A stretch of 64,000 nucleotides of DNA from Actinomycetes bacterium (GTDB lineage Bacteria > Actinomycetota > Thermoleophilia > Solirubrobacterales > JACPNS01): positions 2,519 through 66,518 of the forward strand of contig JAEYBE010000033.1 of assembly GCA_023404495.1 (NCBI GenBank), read 5' to 3'. The notes beneath the pieces are model-generated. The model was given only the letters and a program-made list of their open reading frames with translations. It did not search any database and was not told where the DNA came from. Numbering within the stretch: position 1 is the first letter of the stretch; each line of letters opens with the position of its first letter. Made by a program: the position numbers and the translations under genes. Below, in pieces: positions 17,828 to 28,166 of this stretch.

Positions 17828-18088
17828 CTACGCAAGCTTGTCGATCTCGCGCGCGAGCTCGAAGTCCTTCTCGGTCACGCGCCCCTCAGAATGCGTGAAC
17901 AGCGTCACCTCAACGTCCTTCCAACTGACGCGCAGATCCGGGTGATGACCCGCGCGCTCGGCGGCCGGAGTGATCGCGTTGATGAAGTCGACCGACCCGA
18001 CGAAGTCGCCGCGGTCGAACGTGCGCACCAGCGCGTCGCCGCGCGGCGTCTGTACGAGATTCCAGCCGTCGGGCACATCGAATGACAT
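17828..18088 (-). CDS. 4a-hydroxytetrahydrobiopterin (pterin-4-alpha-carbinolamine) dehydratase
   Basis: The 86-aa protein contains FVGSVDFINAITPAAERAGHHPDLRVSWKDVEVTLFTHS. Confidence 0.85.
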   Translation of the reverse strand: MSFDVPDGWNLVQTPRGDALVRTFDRGDFVGSVDFINAITPAAERAGHHPDLRVSWKDVEVTLFTHSEGRVTEKDFELAREIDKLA

Positions 18089-18125
18089 GCCGCCGATCCT
18101 ACGAGAAGCCCCCTAGGCTTGCGCC

Positions 18126-19037
18126 ATGCGCATCGCAAGCCTCGTCCCCTCGGCCACCGAACTGCTCTTCGCAATGGGACTCGGCGACAAAGTCGTCGCG
18201 GTCACGCACGAGTGCGACTACCCGCCCGAAGCGCAAGACCTACCCCAACTGACCACAAGCGTGATCCCGGCGGATCTGCCCCCGGCGGACGTCGACGCGC
18301 TGGTGCGCGGCCAGATGCAGGAGGGCAAGGCGCTCTACACGCTCGATGAGGAGCTGCTCAAGGAAGAGGAGCCAGATCTGATCGTCGCCCAGCAACTCTG
18401 CGATGTCTGCGCCGTCAGCATCGATGACGTGCGGGCCGTCGCCGAGCGCATGGACCCGAGCCCCCAGGTGATCAGTCTCGATCCCACGACGTTCGGCGAG
18501 GTGCTCGGTGACATTCGCACGCTCGCGCAGGCGACCGACAGCAAGGACGCCGGCGTCGAGCTGGTGCAGTCGCTGGCCGACCGCGTCGATGATGTGCGGA
18601 TCGCGCTCAAGGACGTCGGCCGGGAGACCGGGCCCGATCGCGTCTCGACAGTCGCGCTGGAGTGGCTCGATCCGGTCTTCATCGGAGGGCACTGGATTCC
18701 GCAGATGATCGAGATGGCCGGCGGATTCGATCCGCTGGGCATGCCCGGCGAGCCCTCGCGCGAGTCGGACTGGCACGAGCTCTCGGCCGCCGAGCCAAGC
18801 GTCGCGGTGCTCATGCAATGCGGGTACGACGCCGCGCGCAGCGCCGATGAAGCCGAAGAGTTTGCCCGCGAAATCAAAGGCACCGGCGTGCGCCAGACGT
18901 TCGCAACCGACGCAAACGCCTACTTCAGCAGGCCCGGGCCGCGCCTGGTCGACGGCCTTGAGCTGCTCGCCCACGCCCTGCATCCCACGCTCGTCCAGGA
19001 ACCTGCAGTCGGCGCGATGCTCGAGCTCGAGCTCTAG
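18126..19037 (+). CDS. BtuF/TroA-fold class (cobalamin/siderophore-type) binding protein without a signal peptide
   Basis: MRIASLVPSATELLFAMGLGDKVVAVTHECDYP..PDLIVAQ..WLDPVFIGGHWIPQMIEMAGG. Confidence 0.7.
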   Translation: MRIASLVPSATELLFAMGLGDKVVAVTHECDYPPEAQDLPQLTTSVIPADLPPADVDALVRGQMQEGKALYTLDEELLKEEEPDLIVAQQLCDVCAVSIDDVRAVAERMDPSPQVISLDPTTFGEVLGDIRTLAQATDSKDAGVELVQSLADRVDDVRIALKDVGRETGPDRVSTVALEWLDPVFIGGHWIPQMIEMAGGFDPLGMPGEPSRESDWHELSAAEPSVAVLMQCGYDAARSADEAEEFAREIKGTGVRQTFATDANAYFSRPGPRLVDGLELLAHALHPTLVQEPAVGAMLELEL

Positions 19038-19049
19038 CCAGATCCGCCG

Positions 19050-19934
19050 CTAGGCAAACTGCGCGCGGGCGACCAAGATGCAAGCCACGTACATCGCCAA
19101 TCCCATGCAGGTGACGATCGTCGTGCCGACGTAGCGGGCACGTGGTCCGCTCCCGAGCCAGCCACGGCGCTCGCCCAGCTCGAAGAGGATCACGCCGCAG
19201 ATCGCGCCACCGATCAATCCGCCCAGGTGCGCCCCCTTGGATATCCCGGACGCCCCGAACGTGATCACGAGGTTGATCAGCACCAGCACGCCGATCTGCT
19301 GCACGGCTTCGCGGATCTGCCTCGATCGCGCGATCACCAGCGCCATCCCCATCAAGCCGAAGATCGCACCCGACGCACCAGCCGAAGGTGTGCTCGGCTC
19401 AAGAATCAGCGCCCCGAGCGAGCCCGCGATCAGCGAGGTCATGTAGACCGCCAGCATCTGCAATGACCCAAGCTCAGGCTCGAGCATGCGGCCGAGCACG
19501 TACAGCAGGTACATGTTCAAGGCGATGTGCAGGATCCCGAGATGCAGGAAGCCCGGCGTGACGACGCGCCACCACTCCCCCTGGGCGATGAGCGGCCCGA
19601 AGAGCAGTCCGTTCTCCGTCACCCACCCGCCGCCGGTGCTGAGCAGCCCGACGGGGAACCCGGTGGCGATCTGAGCGAGAAACACCAGGATGGTGATCGC
19701 CATGATCGACGAAGTCACCGGCGACTCGCGGAAGAATCCGGCAAGCCCGCCTGCGCCGGGTCCGATGTCCGACCGCGTATAGACGCGCTGGCGCTCGCTC
19801 GAGCACTCGGGGCAGCGCATCCCGACCGGCGAAGGGGTCATGCAATCAGGGCAGATCGGCCGGCCGCAGTTGCTGCACGAAACGTTCGTCTCGCGGCCGG
19901 GGTGCCGGTAACAGGTCTGGACGTGCGCCTCCAT
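19050..19934 (-). CDS. rhomboid intramembrane serine protease with N-terminal zinc ribbon
   Basis: CYRHPGRETNVSCSNCGRPICPDC..RCPEC is followed by TM segments with GFLHLGILHIALNM and GASGAIFGLMG. Confidence 0.85.
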   Translation of the reverse strand: MEAHVQTCYRHPGRETNVSCSNCGRPICPDCMTPSPVGMRCPECSSERQRVYTRSDIGPGAGGLAGFFRESPVTSSIMAITILVFLAQIATGFPVGLLSTGGGWVTENGLLFGPLIAQGEWWRVVTPGFLHLGILHIALNMYLLYVLGRMLEPELGSLQMLAVYMTSLIAGSLGALILEPSTPSAGASGAIFGLMGMALVIARSRQIREAVQQIGVLVLINLVITFGASGISKGAHLGGLIGGAICGVILFELGERRGWLGSGPRARYVGTTIVTCMGLAMYVACILVARAQFA

Positions 19935-19971
19935 TGGGCGCAGATCGTAGGCGCGAAGGCCGGCGGAGCGG

Positions 19972-20349
19972 CTACTTGGTCAGATCGCGTGCGGCGCGCT
20001 TGATGTCTTCGCGCGCACCGTCGGCCGCATCGCCGAGCGCATCGGTCAGGGCTTTCACCGCGGCGGTTCCTGCGTCGTCGCCGTGGCGGCGGTGTCGCAG
20101 TCCCATCACGACCAGCGCGCCGGCCGCAGCGGTGCCGGCCGCCAGCGCGACCGCTGGGCGCACCCAGTTGCGTGGATCGCGCATCGCCGCGAGCTCCCAG
20201 TCGGAGAGCTCCTCGGCTGCGGTCATCGAGATCTCGGTCAGCCGCGACTGAAACTCTTCGTACATCCGCGCCGGGGGCTCGACGGGCGCAAACGCGCGCG
20301 AGAGGACGCTCTCGATTGACTCGAACTCGAAGTTCCCGCGATCACTCAT
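19972..20349 (-). CDS. single-pass membrane protein, candidate anti-sigma factor
   Basis: Its ATG overlaps the sigma-factor stop (ATGA). It has one TM segment (VRPAVALAAGTAAAGALVVMGL) and no zinc-binding anti-sigma motif. Confidence 0.5.
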   Translation of the reverse strand: MSDRGNFEFESIESVLSRAFAPVEPPARMYEEFQSRLTEISMTAAEELSDWELAAMRDPRNWVRPAVALAAGTAAAGALVVMGLRHRRHGDDAGTAAVKALTDALGDAADGAREDIKRAARDLTK

Positions 20350-20906
20350 GATCCCGCGCCCACCTTCTCGTCCTCTGCCAGCGCCGCTTCGAGCTGCTTG
20401 ATCGCACGGTGCAGAAGCACCTTGGTTGCGCCCTCGGTCTTGCCCATCGCGCGCGCAATCTCGCCGTTGTCCATGCCCAGTGCGAAACGCATGATCAAAG
20501 CCTCGCGCCGGTCATCGGAGAGCTCTGCGACTTTTTCGAACACTTGGTCGAGTTCTTCGCGCGCCTCGACGAGATCCTCGGTGTCGTGACCGGCGGCGAA
20601 CTCGCCCGCGGCCTCCAGCGGCGCGACCGGCTTTCGCGAGCGGTCGCGATAAAGATTGATCGCGAGGTTCTGCGCGATGCGGATGAGCCACGGCCGCAGC
20701 GAGCGGCCCTGCGACTCGGAAAGGGCCTTGGGCAGGTGCCGATAGGCCTGGAGGAAAACCTGCTCGGAAACGTCCTCGGCGTCGTGATGATTGCCAAGCC
20801 GGTAGTAGAGAAACGAGTAGACGTCGCGCAGGTGCGCTTCGTAGAGCTCGGTGAAGGCGCGATCGAGCTCGGTCTTGTCCATCTTGGGCGCTTGTTCGTT
20901 TGACAC
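20346..20906 (-). CDS. ECF (sigma-24 type) RNA polymerase sigma factor
   Basis: Region 2 is DAEDVSEQVFLQAYRHL..RPWLIRIAQNLAINLYR. Region 4 is REALIMRFALGMDNGEIARAMGKTEGATKVLLHRAIKQL. Confidence 0.9.
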   Translation of the reverse strand: MSNEQAPKMDKTELDRAFTELYEAHLRDVYSFLYYRLGNHHDAEDVSEQVFLQAYRHLPKALSESQGRSLRPWLIRIAQNLAINLYRDRSRKPVAPLEAAGEFAAGHDTEDLVEAREELDQVFEKVAELSDDRREALIMRFALGMDNGEIARAMGKTEGATKVLLHRAIKQLEAALAEDEKVGAGS

Positions 20907-20925
20907 ATCGCCAGCCTACTTCGCC

Positions 20926-22749
20926 TCAGGCCGCGCGCCGCACGATCGAAACCCATTCTTCAGGTTCGATCGCCCCCGTGATCAGGTCGCGCAGCGCGAA
21001 AACGGTCGGCGCGTCGGACCCTTCGTTCTCGAACACGGTCGCAAGCAGTGGCACGGTGTCGACCGCCTCAGCGACGTGGCCGAGCTCCTGCTTGATCTGG
21101 TCGGCCGGGACGCCCGCACCGAGTAGCTCGCCGGCGCGGCGATTGCGCGATCCCGCCGCAAGCACGGTCGCGACGAGATCTCCGGTGCCGGCGAGTCCGA
21201 GGAACGTCTCTCGACTCGCGCCGAGACCGCGGGCGAGGTGCTCGACCTCGCGGAAGGCGTGGCCGGCGGCCGCTCCTGCCGCGTTCATACCCGCGCCACC
21301 TGCGGCGCTGGCGGCGAGCGCGGCGACGTTCTTGGCGCAGCCGGCGAGCTCAGTGCCGACCAGGTCAGATGAGCGTTCGACGTCCAAGCCGGCCTGTTCG
21401 AGGGTCTCGCCGAGTTGCCTGCGAAGCGCATCGTCGGGCGTTGCAAGCACGACAGACGCCCCATGCAGGACCGCTTCGGCAGCGTGCGCCGGGCCGCCTA
21501 GACAGGCGATTGCGCGCGTCCGCACTCGTGCGCCGACATATTCGGACGGGAGCGTTCCGAGCGGCGGCACGAGCCCTTTGCTCAAGACCAGTACGGCACT
21601 GCGCGAGCCGATTCGGTCGGCCGCCTGGGCCACTGCGTTGGGCAGCTCTTTTGAAGGCACCGCAAAGACGATCAGGTCCTGACCGGAAAGCTCGATCGTC
21701 GACGCAGCCTTGACGCTCAGCTCCGGAGGCAGATCGACTTCGGGCAAATAGCGCTCGTTGCGCCGCTCGCTGTCGATCCGCTCGGCCAGCTCTTGAGTGC
21801 GGGTTCCGAGCTCAACCTCCATGCCCGATTTGGCCAGCAGTGCTGCCACCGCTGTGCCCCAGGCGCCAGAGCCGATCACCGCGGCGCGGCGCATCGGGGG
21901 CAGTCCCCCGAGCCACTCCCACTGCAGCTCGACGCGCGGCCAGATGCGATTGGTGACCTCGACGGCGAGTTCGCGCGACGGATTCTCGGTGTGCGGGAAG
22001 ACGAGCGGATCGCCGGCCCGGATCGTGACCTTGTGCGGACGAATCCTCCAGCCACGACGGATGTTCTCGGTGCCGATCAGCGCAATCGGGACGATCGGCA
22101 CGCCGGTCTCGAGCGCGAAGCGGCCGACGCCACGGCGCGGCCGGCCGAGACTTCCGGGTCGCACGCGTGTGCCCTCGGGGAAGATCACGATCGAATCCCC
22201 ACGCTTGAGGATCGCGCGCACCGTCTGAAGCAGCTCCTGGTCGGACTGGTCGCGCATCACCGGGATCGCGCCCAGCGAGTTGAGAAACCATCCCTGGAGC
22301 GGCTTCTCGAAGAGCTCCATCTTTGCCACATAGAACAGCGGCCGCTTTGTCATCGCCCCGATGATGAACGGGTCCAGGAAGCTCCGGTGGTTGCTCGCGA
22401 AGATGATCGGGCCGTCCTGAGGGACGTGCTCGCGGCCGATGCGCTTCATGCGGAAGTACGTGATGAAGAACGGGAAGAGAACGAGCCACGCGGTCCAGTA
22501 CATGAACTTGTTCACGCCCTTCGTGCGGGCACGTTCATGGAACTTGTAGAAGTAGTCGGGCGGCGGCGCGCCTTGGCGCTCGGGCGGCAGCGGCGGGTCC
22601 TCTTCTTGCGCGCGCGGCGCTACAACAGGAGTCTGCGGGCCGGTTTCGGGATTCGGCGGACGCTCGGCGCGCGAGGCCGCATCTTGCACCTCGCGTGTCT
22701 GGTCGTCATTCTCCCCGGAGGGCGCTTGAATCGTCTCGTCCGCGCTCAC
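20926..22749 (-). CDS. fusion protein: 1-acyl-sn-glycerol-3-phosphate acyltransferase (PlsC) domain + NAD(P)H glycerol-3-phosphate dehydrogenase (GpsA) domain
   Basis: The N-terminal half has FASNHRSFLDPF and IFPEGTR. The C-terminal half has AAVIGSGAWGTAVAALLA..LSKGL..GPAHAAEV..CAKNVAALA..GTGDLVATV. It is a single uninterrupted 607-codon frame. Confidence 0.85.
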   Translation of the reverse strand: MSADETIQAPSGENDDQTREVQDAASRAERPPNPETGPQTPVVAPRAQEEDPPLPPERQGAPPPDYFYKFHERARTKGVNKFMYWTAWLVLFPFFITYFRMKRIGREHVPQDGPIIFASNHRSFLDPFIIGAMTKRPLFYVAKMELFEKPLQGWFLNSLGAIPVMRDQSDQELLQTVRAILKRGDSIVIFPEGTRVRPGSLGRPRRGVGRFALETGVPIVPIALIGTENIRRGWRIRPHKVTIRAGDPLVFPHTENPSRELAVEVTNRIWPRVELQWEWLGGLPPMRRAAVIGSGAWGTAVAALLAKSGMEVELGTRTQELAERIDSERRNERYLPEVDLPPELSVKAASTIELSGQDLIVFAVPSKELPNAVAQAADRIGSRSAVLVLSKGLVPPLGTLPSEYVGARVRTRAIACLGGPAHAAEAVLHGASVVLATPDDALRRQLGETLEQAGLDVERSSDLVGTELAGCAKNVAALAASAAGGAGMNAAGAAAGHAFREVEHLARGLGASRETFLGLAGTGDLVATVLAAGSRNRRAGELLGAGVPADQIKQELGHVAEAVDTVPLLATVFENEGSDAPTVFALRDLITGAIEPEEWVSIVRRAA

Positions 22750-22796
22750 AGCTGATTTCTACACCCTCTCGGTGGGCCGGTTACGGAAGGTCTTCA

Positions 22797-22869
22797 AGCC
22801 GGGAAGGGGACTCGAACCCCTGACCTACTGCTTACAAGGCAGTTGCTCTACCAGCTGAGCTATCCCGGC
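22797..22869 (-). tRNA. tRNA-Thr (anticodon UGU)
   Basis: The reverse complement is GCCGGGATAGCTCAGCTGGTAGAGCAACTGCCTTGTAAGCAGTAGGTCAGGGGTTCGAGTCCCCTTCCCGGCT. It has a 7-bp acceptor stem, anticodon loop CTTGTAA and a GTTCGAG T-loop. CCA is not encoded. Confidence 0.9.
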
Positions 22870-22906
22870 ATACGCAGGCAGAGTAGTTCCGAATAGTGTT
22901 GCCCGG

Positions 22907-23803
22907 ATGAACGAAGCGGTGATTCGCACAGAGTCGCTGACCAAGCGCTTTGGATCGCTGGCGGCGGTTGAGGACGTCACGCTTGAGGTGCAAGGCGGAG
23001 AAGTGTTCGGATTGCTTGGCCCCAACGGCGCCGGCAAGTCGACGACCTTGCGCTGCCTGCTCGGAATGATCAGGCCCAGCGCCGGCTCCTGCACGATCTT
23101 CGGCCTCGATTGCTGGCGCGACCGCGTCGAGGCTCATCGCCGCGTCGGCGTGCTGCCCAGCGAGTTCGACTACGAGGGCGAGGTCACCGGACGCGAGTTG
23201 GTCCGGCTCTTCTCGTTGCTTCGCGGTGTCGACACGAGCGAGCGCGCCGAGTCGCTGGCCGCGCGGCTACGCGCAGACCTCGACCGGCCGCTCAAAGAAC
23301 TCTCACGCGGCAACCACCAGAAGATCGGGCTGATCACCGCGCTCGCACACGACCCCGAGCTGGTCGTGATGGACGAGCCAACCGCCGGGCTTGACCCGCT
23401 GATGCAGGAAGAGTTCCTGCGCATCGTCGGCGAGCTGCGCGAGGACGGCAGGACCGTTCTGCTCTCCTCCCACAACATGGCCGAGGTCGAACGCTGCTGC
23501 GACCGCGCCGCGATGATCCACGAGGGAAAAGTGCTGGAAATCGCGGATATTTCCTCCCTGCTCGAGCGCTCGCCCAAGCGCGTGCAGGCCGTCTTCGCGG
23601 TGCCGGTGGATGTATCCGAATTCAGCAAGCTTGAAGGCGTCACCGACGTTGCGGTCGACGGACGCACGCTGAGCCTGAAGGTCAGCGGAGGTGTCGATTC
23701 CGTGGTGCGGGCAGCGGCGCGGCACGAGATCGTCGATTTCGTATGCGAGCGACCGTCGCTTGAGTCGGCATTCGTCGAGCTCTACGCGGAGGACCCACAA
23801 TGA
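22907..23803 (+). CDS. ABC transporter ATP-binding protein (ABC-2 exporter type)
   Basis: GLLGPNGAGKSTT, LSRGNHQKIGL and VVMDEPTAGLDP are present. Confidence 0.9.
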   Translation: MNEAVIRTESLTKRFGSLAAVEDVTLEVQGGEVFGLLGPNGAGKSTTLRCLLGMIRPSAGSCTIFGLDCWRDRVEAHRRVGVLPSEFDYEGEVTGRELVRLFSLLRGVDTSERAESLAARLRADLDRPLKELSRGNHQKIGLITALAHDPELVVMDEPTAGLDPLMQEEFLRIVGELREDGRTVLLSSHNMAEVERCCDRAAMIHEGKVLEIADISSLLERSPKRVQAVFAVPVDVSEFSKLEGVTDVAVDGRTLSLKVSGGVDSVVRAAARHEIVDFVCERPSLESAFVELYAEDPQ

Positions 23804-24606
23804 ACGCGCGGGGCGTTTCGGTGATGGTCTGGCAGACGCTGAAGATGCGCCGTTTCTCGCTCCTGGGCTGGTCGCTGGTGCTCGCCGGACTGGTGATCAT
23901 GTACACGGCGATGTTCCCGACGATCGAGAAGATCGACATCGCGAGCCTGCTCGAGCAATATCCCCAGGAACTGCTCAAGGCATTTGGATTTGACGAAACC
24001 GCCAACCAGCTGAACACCGCAATCGGCTTCCTCAACACCGAGCTCTTCGGCTTCATGCTGCCGCTGGCGATTGTCTTCCTGCCGGTTGGGGTGATCGTGC
24101 GGATGACCGCTCGAGCCGAGGAGAACCATTACCTGGACGCACTCTTCGCCGCACCCCTCGCGCGCTGGCAGCTGATGATCGCCGCGGCCTCGGCAGCCGG
24201 GATTGCGATGGCGATCCCGATCGTCGCGACCGTGGTGACCGCACTCGTGACCGCCGCGGTGGTCGGAGTCGATCTCTCGCTCTCGGAAATCGGCTCGTCC
24301 GCCCTCAGCCTCCTGCCGATGGGCGCACTGGCCGGCGGACTCGCGGTGCTGATCGTCGGAATGACATCCCGTCACGCAATGGTCACCGCGACAGCCGTCG
24401 GCGTGGTTGTCGCGATGTATCTGATGAATGTGCTGGTCGAGCTTGTGGCGTTCTTCAACGACATCAAGTGGATCTCGATCTTCCACTACTACACCGACTG
24501 GATCAACCACGGGATCGCCTGGCCGGGGTATCTCGCCTGGCTTGCGATCGCCGCTGCGCTCACCGCAGTCGGTTGCGTGCTCTATGAGCGCCGCGATCTC
24601 GACTGA
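23800..24606 (+). CDS. ABC-2 family transporter permease
   Basis: This polytopic 268-aa protein is translationally coupled (ATGA) to the ATPase gene. Confidence 0.75.
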   Translation: MNARGVSVMVWQTLKMRRFSLLGWSLVLAGLVIMYTAMFPTIEKIDIASLLEQYPQELLKAFGFDETANQLNTAIGFLNTELFGFMLPLAIVFLPVGVIVRMTARAEENHYLDALFAAPLARWQLMIAAASAAGIAMAIPIVATVVTALVTAAVVGVDLSLSEIGSSALSLLPMGALAGGLAVLIVGMTSRHAMVTATAVGVVVAMYLMNVLVELVAFFNDIKWISIFHYYTDWINHGIAWPGYLAWLAIAAALTAVGCVLYERRDLD

Positions 24607-24616
24607 TCAATCGCGA

Positions 24617-25345
24617 TCAGAGGATCACGTTGCGTTCCTGAAGGTGCCCGCCGACCTTGCGCTTGACGCGCTGAAGCGCATTGTCGACCGTCTTGGCGTC
24701 GCATCCGAGCTTCTCTCCGATCGTCTCGTATGAGTAACCGTCGAGGTAGAAGCGCAGAACGTCACCCTCAAGCTCGCTGAGGCTCGCTTGCAGGCAATCG
24801 ACAAGGCTCGTGAGCTCCTCCGAGCTGATCACCTGCACGACCGGGTCGTGCACGTGGCTGCCGGGAAGCATCTCGTCGAGCGTCTGGTCGCCGTCGTCGT
24901 CACTGCCGCCTGGAGGAGCGTTGAACGAGACGTATTGGTTGAGCGGCGCGTGCTTGTTGCGCGTGCTCGTCTTGACGGCCGTGATGATCTGGCGAGTGAT
25001 GCAGAGCTCTGCAAAGTTGCGGAAGCTGCTCTCGCGGTCGGTGCGGTAGTCGCGGATCGCCTTGTAGAGGCCGACCAGGCCCTCCTGGATCAGGTCATCC
25101 GAGTCGCCACCGATCAAGAAGTAGCTCGAAGCCTTCAATCGGACGAATCCGTAGTAGCGCTTGACCACCATCTCGTAGGCCTCGCTGTTTCCGGACTTTG
25201 CGAGGGCGATCAGGTAGTGATCATCAACCTCAGGTAGAGCTTTAGACTTTTGCCGAATACGGCCGGCATTGGTGCGCGGGGCCAGTTCTTCTGGCGATTC
25301 GAGCTGTTCTTCGGTTACAGCGGCTGCCTGGGATGCAGTGGTCAC
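24617..25345 (-). CDS. sigH: sigma-70 family sigma factor of the SigH (Spo0H) type
   Basis: YGFVRLKASSYFLIGGDSDDLIQEGLVGLYKAIRDY..SFRNFAELCITRQIITAVKTSTRNKH..VLRFYLDGYSYETIGEKL..VDNALQRVKRKV tracks B. subtilis SigH as recalled. The GTG at 25345 is preceded by GGAGG. Confidence 0.85.
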   Translation of the reverse strand: MTTASQAAAVTEEQLESPEELAPRTNAGRIRQKSKALPEVDDHYLIALAKSGNSEAYEMVVKRYYGFVRLKASSYFLIGGDSDDLIQEGLVGLYKAIRDYRTDRESSFRNFAELCITRQIITAVKTSTRNKHAPLNQYVSFNAPPGGSDDDGDQTLDEMLPGSHVHDPVVQVISSEELTSLVDCLQASLSELEGDVLRFYLDGYSYETIGEKLGCDAKTVDNALQRVKRKVGGHLQERNVIL

Positions 25346-25584
25346 GGTGCCTCCAAATCGGCAATTCACCTGCAAATGAACCCTTTCTGTGGGCCATCCT
25401 CGGCGAATCACCATTGTGGTCGTGACGCATGCCTCCCAACTTGCGTCAAATGGATCTTCTATGTGTCCTTCGGTCCATCTGAGCTCAAAGCCGGCGAGCC
25501 GGTCCTCAAACCTGAAGCTGGACTTTAGGTTTAACGTCGGACGGCAATTATTGCGCTTTTATGGCAACCGCGCATTTCGGCCGC

Positions 25585-25610
25585 GATTCTGCATGTCTGC
25601 TTGCAGAATC
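25585..25610 (-). terminator. perfect 9-bp-arm stem-loop at the rlmB stop codon
   Basis: GATTCTGCA-N8-TGCAGAATC overlaps the rlmB UGA. It has no U-tract, so it may be a terminator, a processing site or a protein-binding site. Confidence 0.35.
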
Positions 25611-26310
25611 AGGCCCCGCGCGAGGCGAGAACGGCGTAGAGCAACACCGCGGCGGCGGTGCTGACATTCAGCGACTCGATCTGGCCGCGCTGCGGGATCG
25701 ACACCAGCGCATCGCAGGTCTTTGCGACCTTCGGCCGCATCCCCTTGCCCTCCGAGCCGGCGACGATCACTACGCGTCCGCTGTAGTCAGGCTCGTTGTA
25801 GGCCATCTCGCCGTCGGCGGCCGCGCCGTAGACCCAGGCGCCGGCGTCTTTGGCCGCGACCAGGAAATCCGAGACGTTCCCGACACGGGCGATTCTCAGG
25901 TGCTCGACCGCCCCTGCGCTCGCCTTGCACGCTGCCGGCGTGACCTCCGCCGTCCTGCGCTCGGCGATCACCATTCCGCTCGCGCCCGCCGATTCGGCGA
26001 CGCGCGCCAGCGCGCCAAGGTTCTGCGGGTCCTGGATCTCGTCGAGCACGAGAATCAATGCGTCTTCGGGCTCGAGCAGCTGCGCGGCGTCGGCATAGCG
26101 GTATTCCGCGGTTTCAGCGACGACGCCCTGGTGCGCATCGGTGCCAGCCAGGGCGATCAGTTCCTCCGTGGTCGCACGGGAAACAGGCACGGCGCCGGAC
26201 AGCTCGCCAAGCCAAGGCTCCTTCTCGGCGGCCTGAGTCGCCCAGATGCGGCTTACCTTGCGCGGACCGCGCAGCGCCTCGCGCACCGGATTGCGGCCGT
26301 AGAGAATCAT
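25609..26310 (-). CDS. rlmB: SpoU/TrmH-family 23S rRNA 2'-O-ribose methyltransferase (RlmB/YacO-like)
   Basis: MILYGRNPVREAL..LVLDEIQDPQNLGALARVAESAGASGMV..IPQRGQIESLNVSTAAAVLLY. Confidence 0.85.
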   Translation of the reverse strand: MILYGRNPVREALRGPRKVSRIWATQAAEKEPWLGELSGAVPVSRATTEELIALAGTDAHQGVVAETAEYRYADAAQLLEPEDALILVLDEIQDPQNLGALARVAESAGASGMVIAERRTAEVTPAACKASAGAVEHLRIARVGNVSDFLVAAKDAGAWVYGAAADGEMAYNEPDYSGRVVIVAGSEGKGMRPKVAKTCDALVSIPQRGQIESLNVSTAAAVLLYAVLASRGA

Positions 26311-26335
26311 GTCGTGAGGTTACGGGGGCCGAGCG

Positions 26336-27691
<1,356 letters not shown>

Positions 27692-27710
27692 TTTCCCCGC
27701 TCGGAAGCCT

Positions 27711-28166
27711 ATGACTTTCGCGCACGGCTATTTTCCCCTGCTCATGAACGAGCGCGTGAACGCAATCGTCGCCAGCGTGATGGAGGTGCCGCTGCACCGT
27801 CACCTCGCGATCGTCCTGATCGATCAGCAGGACCCCGCTCGCGGGATCGAACTGACGGTCGACGATCGCCACCTCAACAACGTCGGCGTACTGCACGGCG
27901 GGGTGTTCCCCGCCTGCCTCGACGTCGCGGCTTACCTCGCCGTGCTGCCGGAGCTGGAAGCGGGCACCCACGCCACGACGGTCAGCACCACAACTTCGAT
28001 CGCCCGTGGCGCCCGGGCTGGAGACGTGATCCGTTTTGAAGGCGCGGTCACCCGGATCGGCCGGACACTCGCCTTCACATCGGCCAGAGCGAGCGTTGAC
28101 GGCAACGTCATCGCCACCTGCGAACTTGTCAAAGCGATCGTTCCGGCGCCGCCCGAGCAGGCCTAG
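27711..28166 (+). CDS. PaaI-family hotdog-fold thioesterase
   Basis: NNVGVLHGGVFPACLDVAAYLAV..IRFEGAVTRIGRTLAFTSARA. The start is set at ATG 27711. Confidence 0.7.
   Translation: MTFAHGYFPLLMNERVNAIVASVMEVPLHRHLAIVLIDQQDPARGIELTVDDRHLNNVGVLHGGVFPACLDVAAYLAVLPELEAGTHATTVSTTTSIARGARAGDVIRFEGAVTRIGRTLAFTSARASVDGNVIATCELVKAIVPAPPEQA

Noticed and set aside
22825-23137. Two minus-strand ORFs (89 and 101 aa) next to and over the tRNA
   Set aside because: They overlap the tRNA-Thr gene and run antisense to the ABC ATPase gene, and they show no family resemblance.
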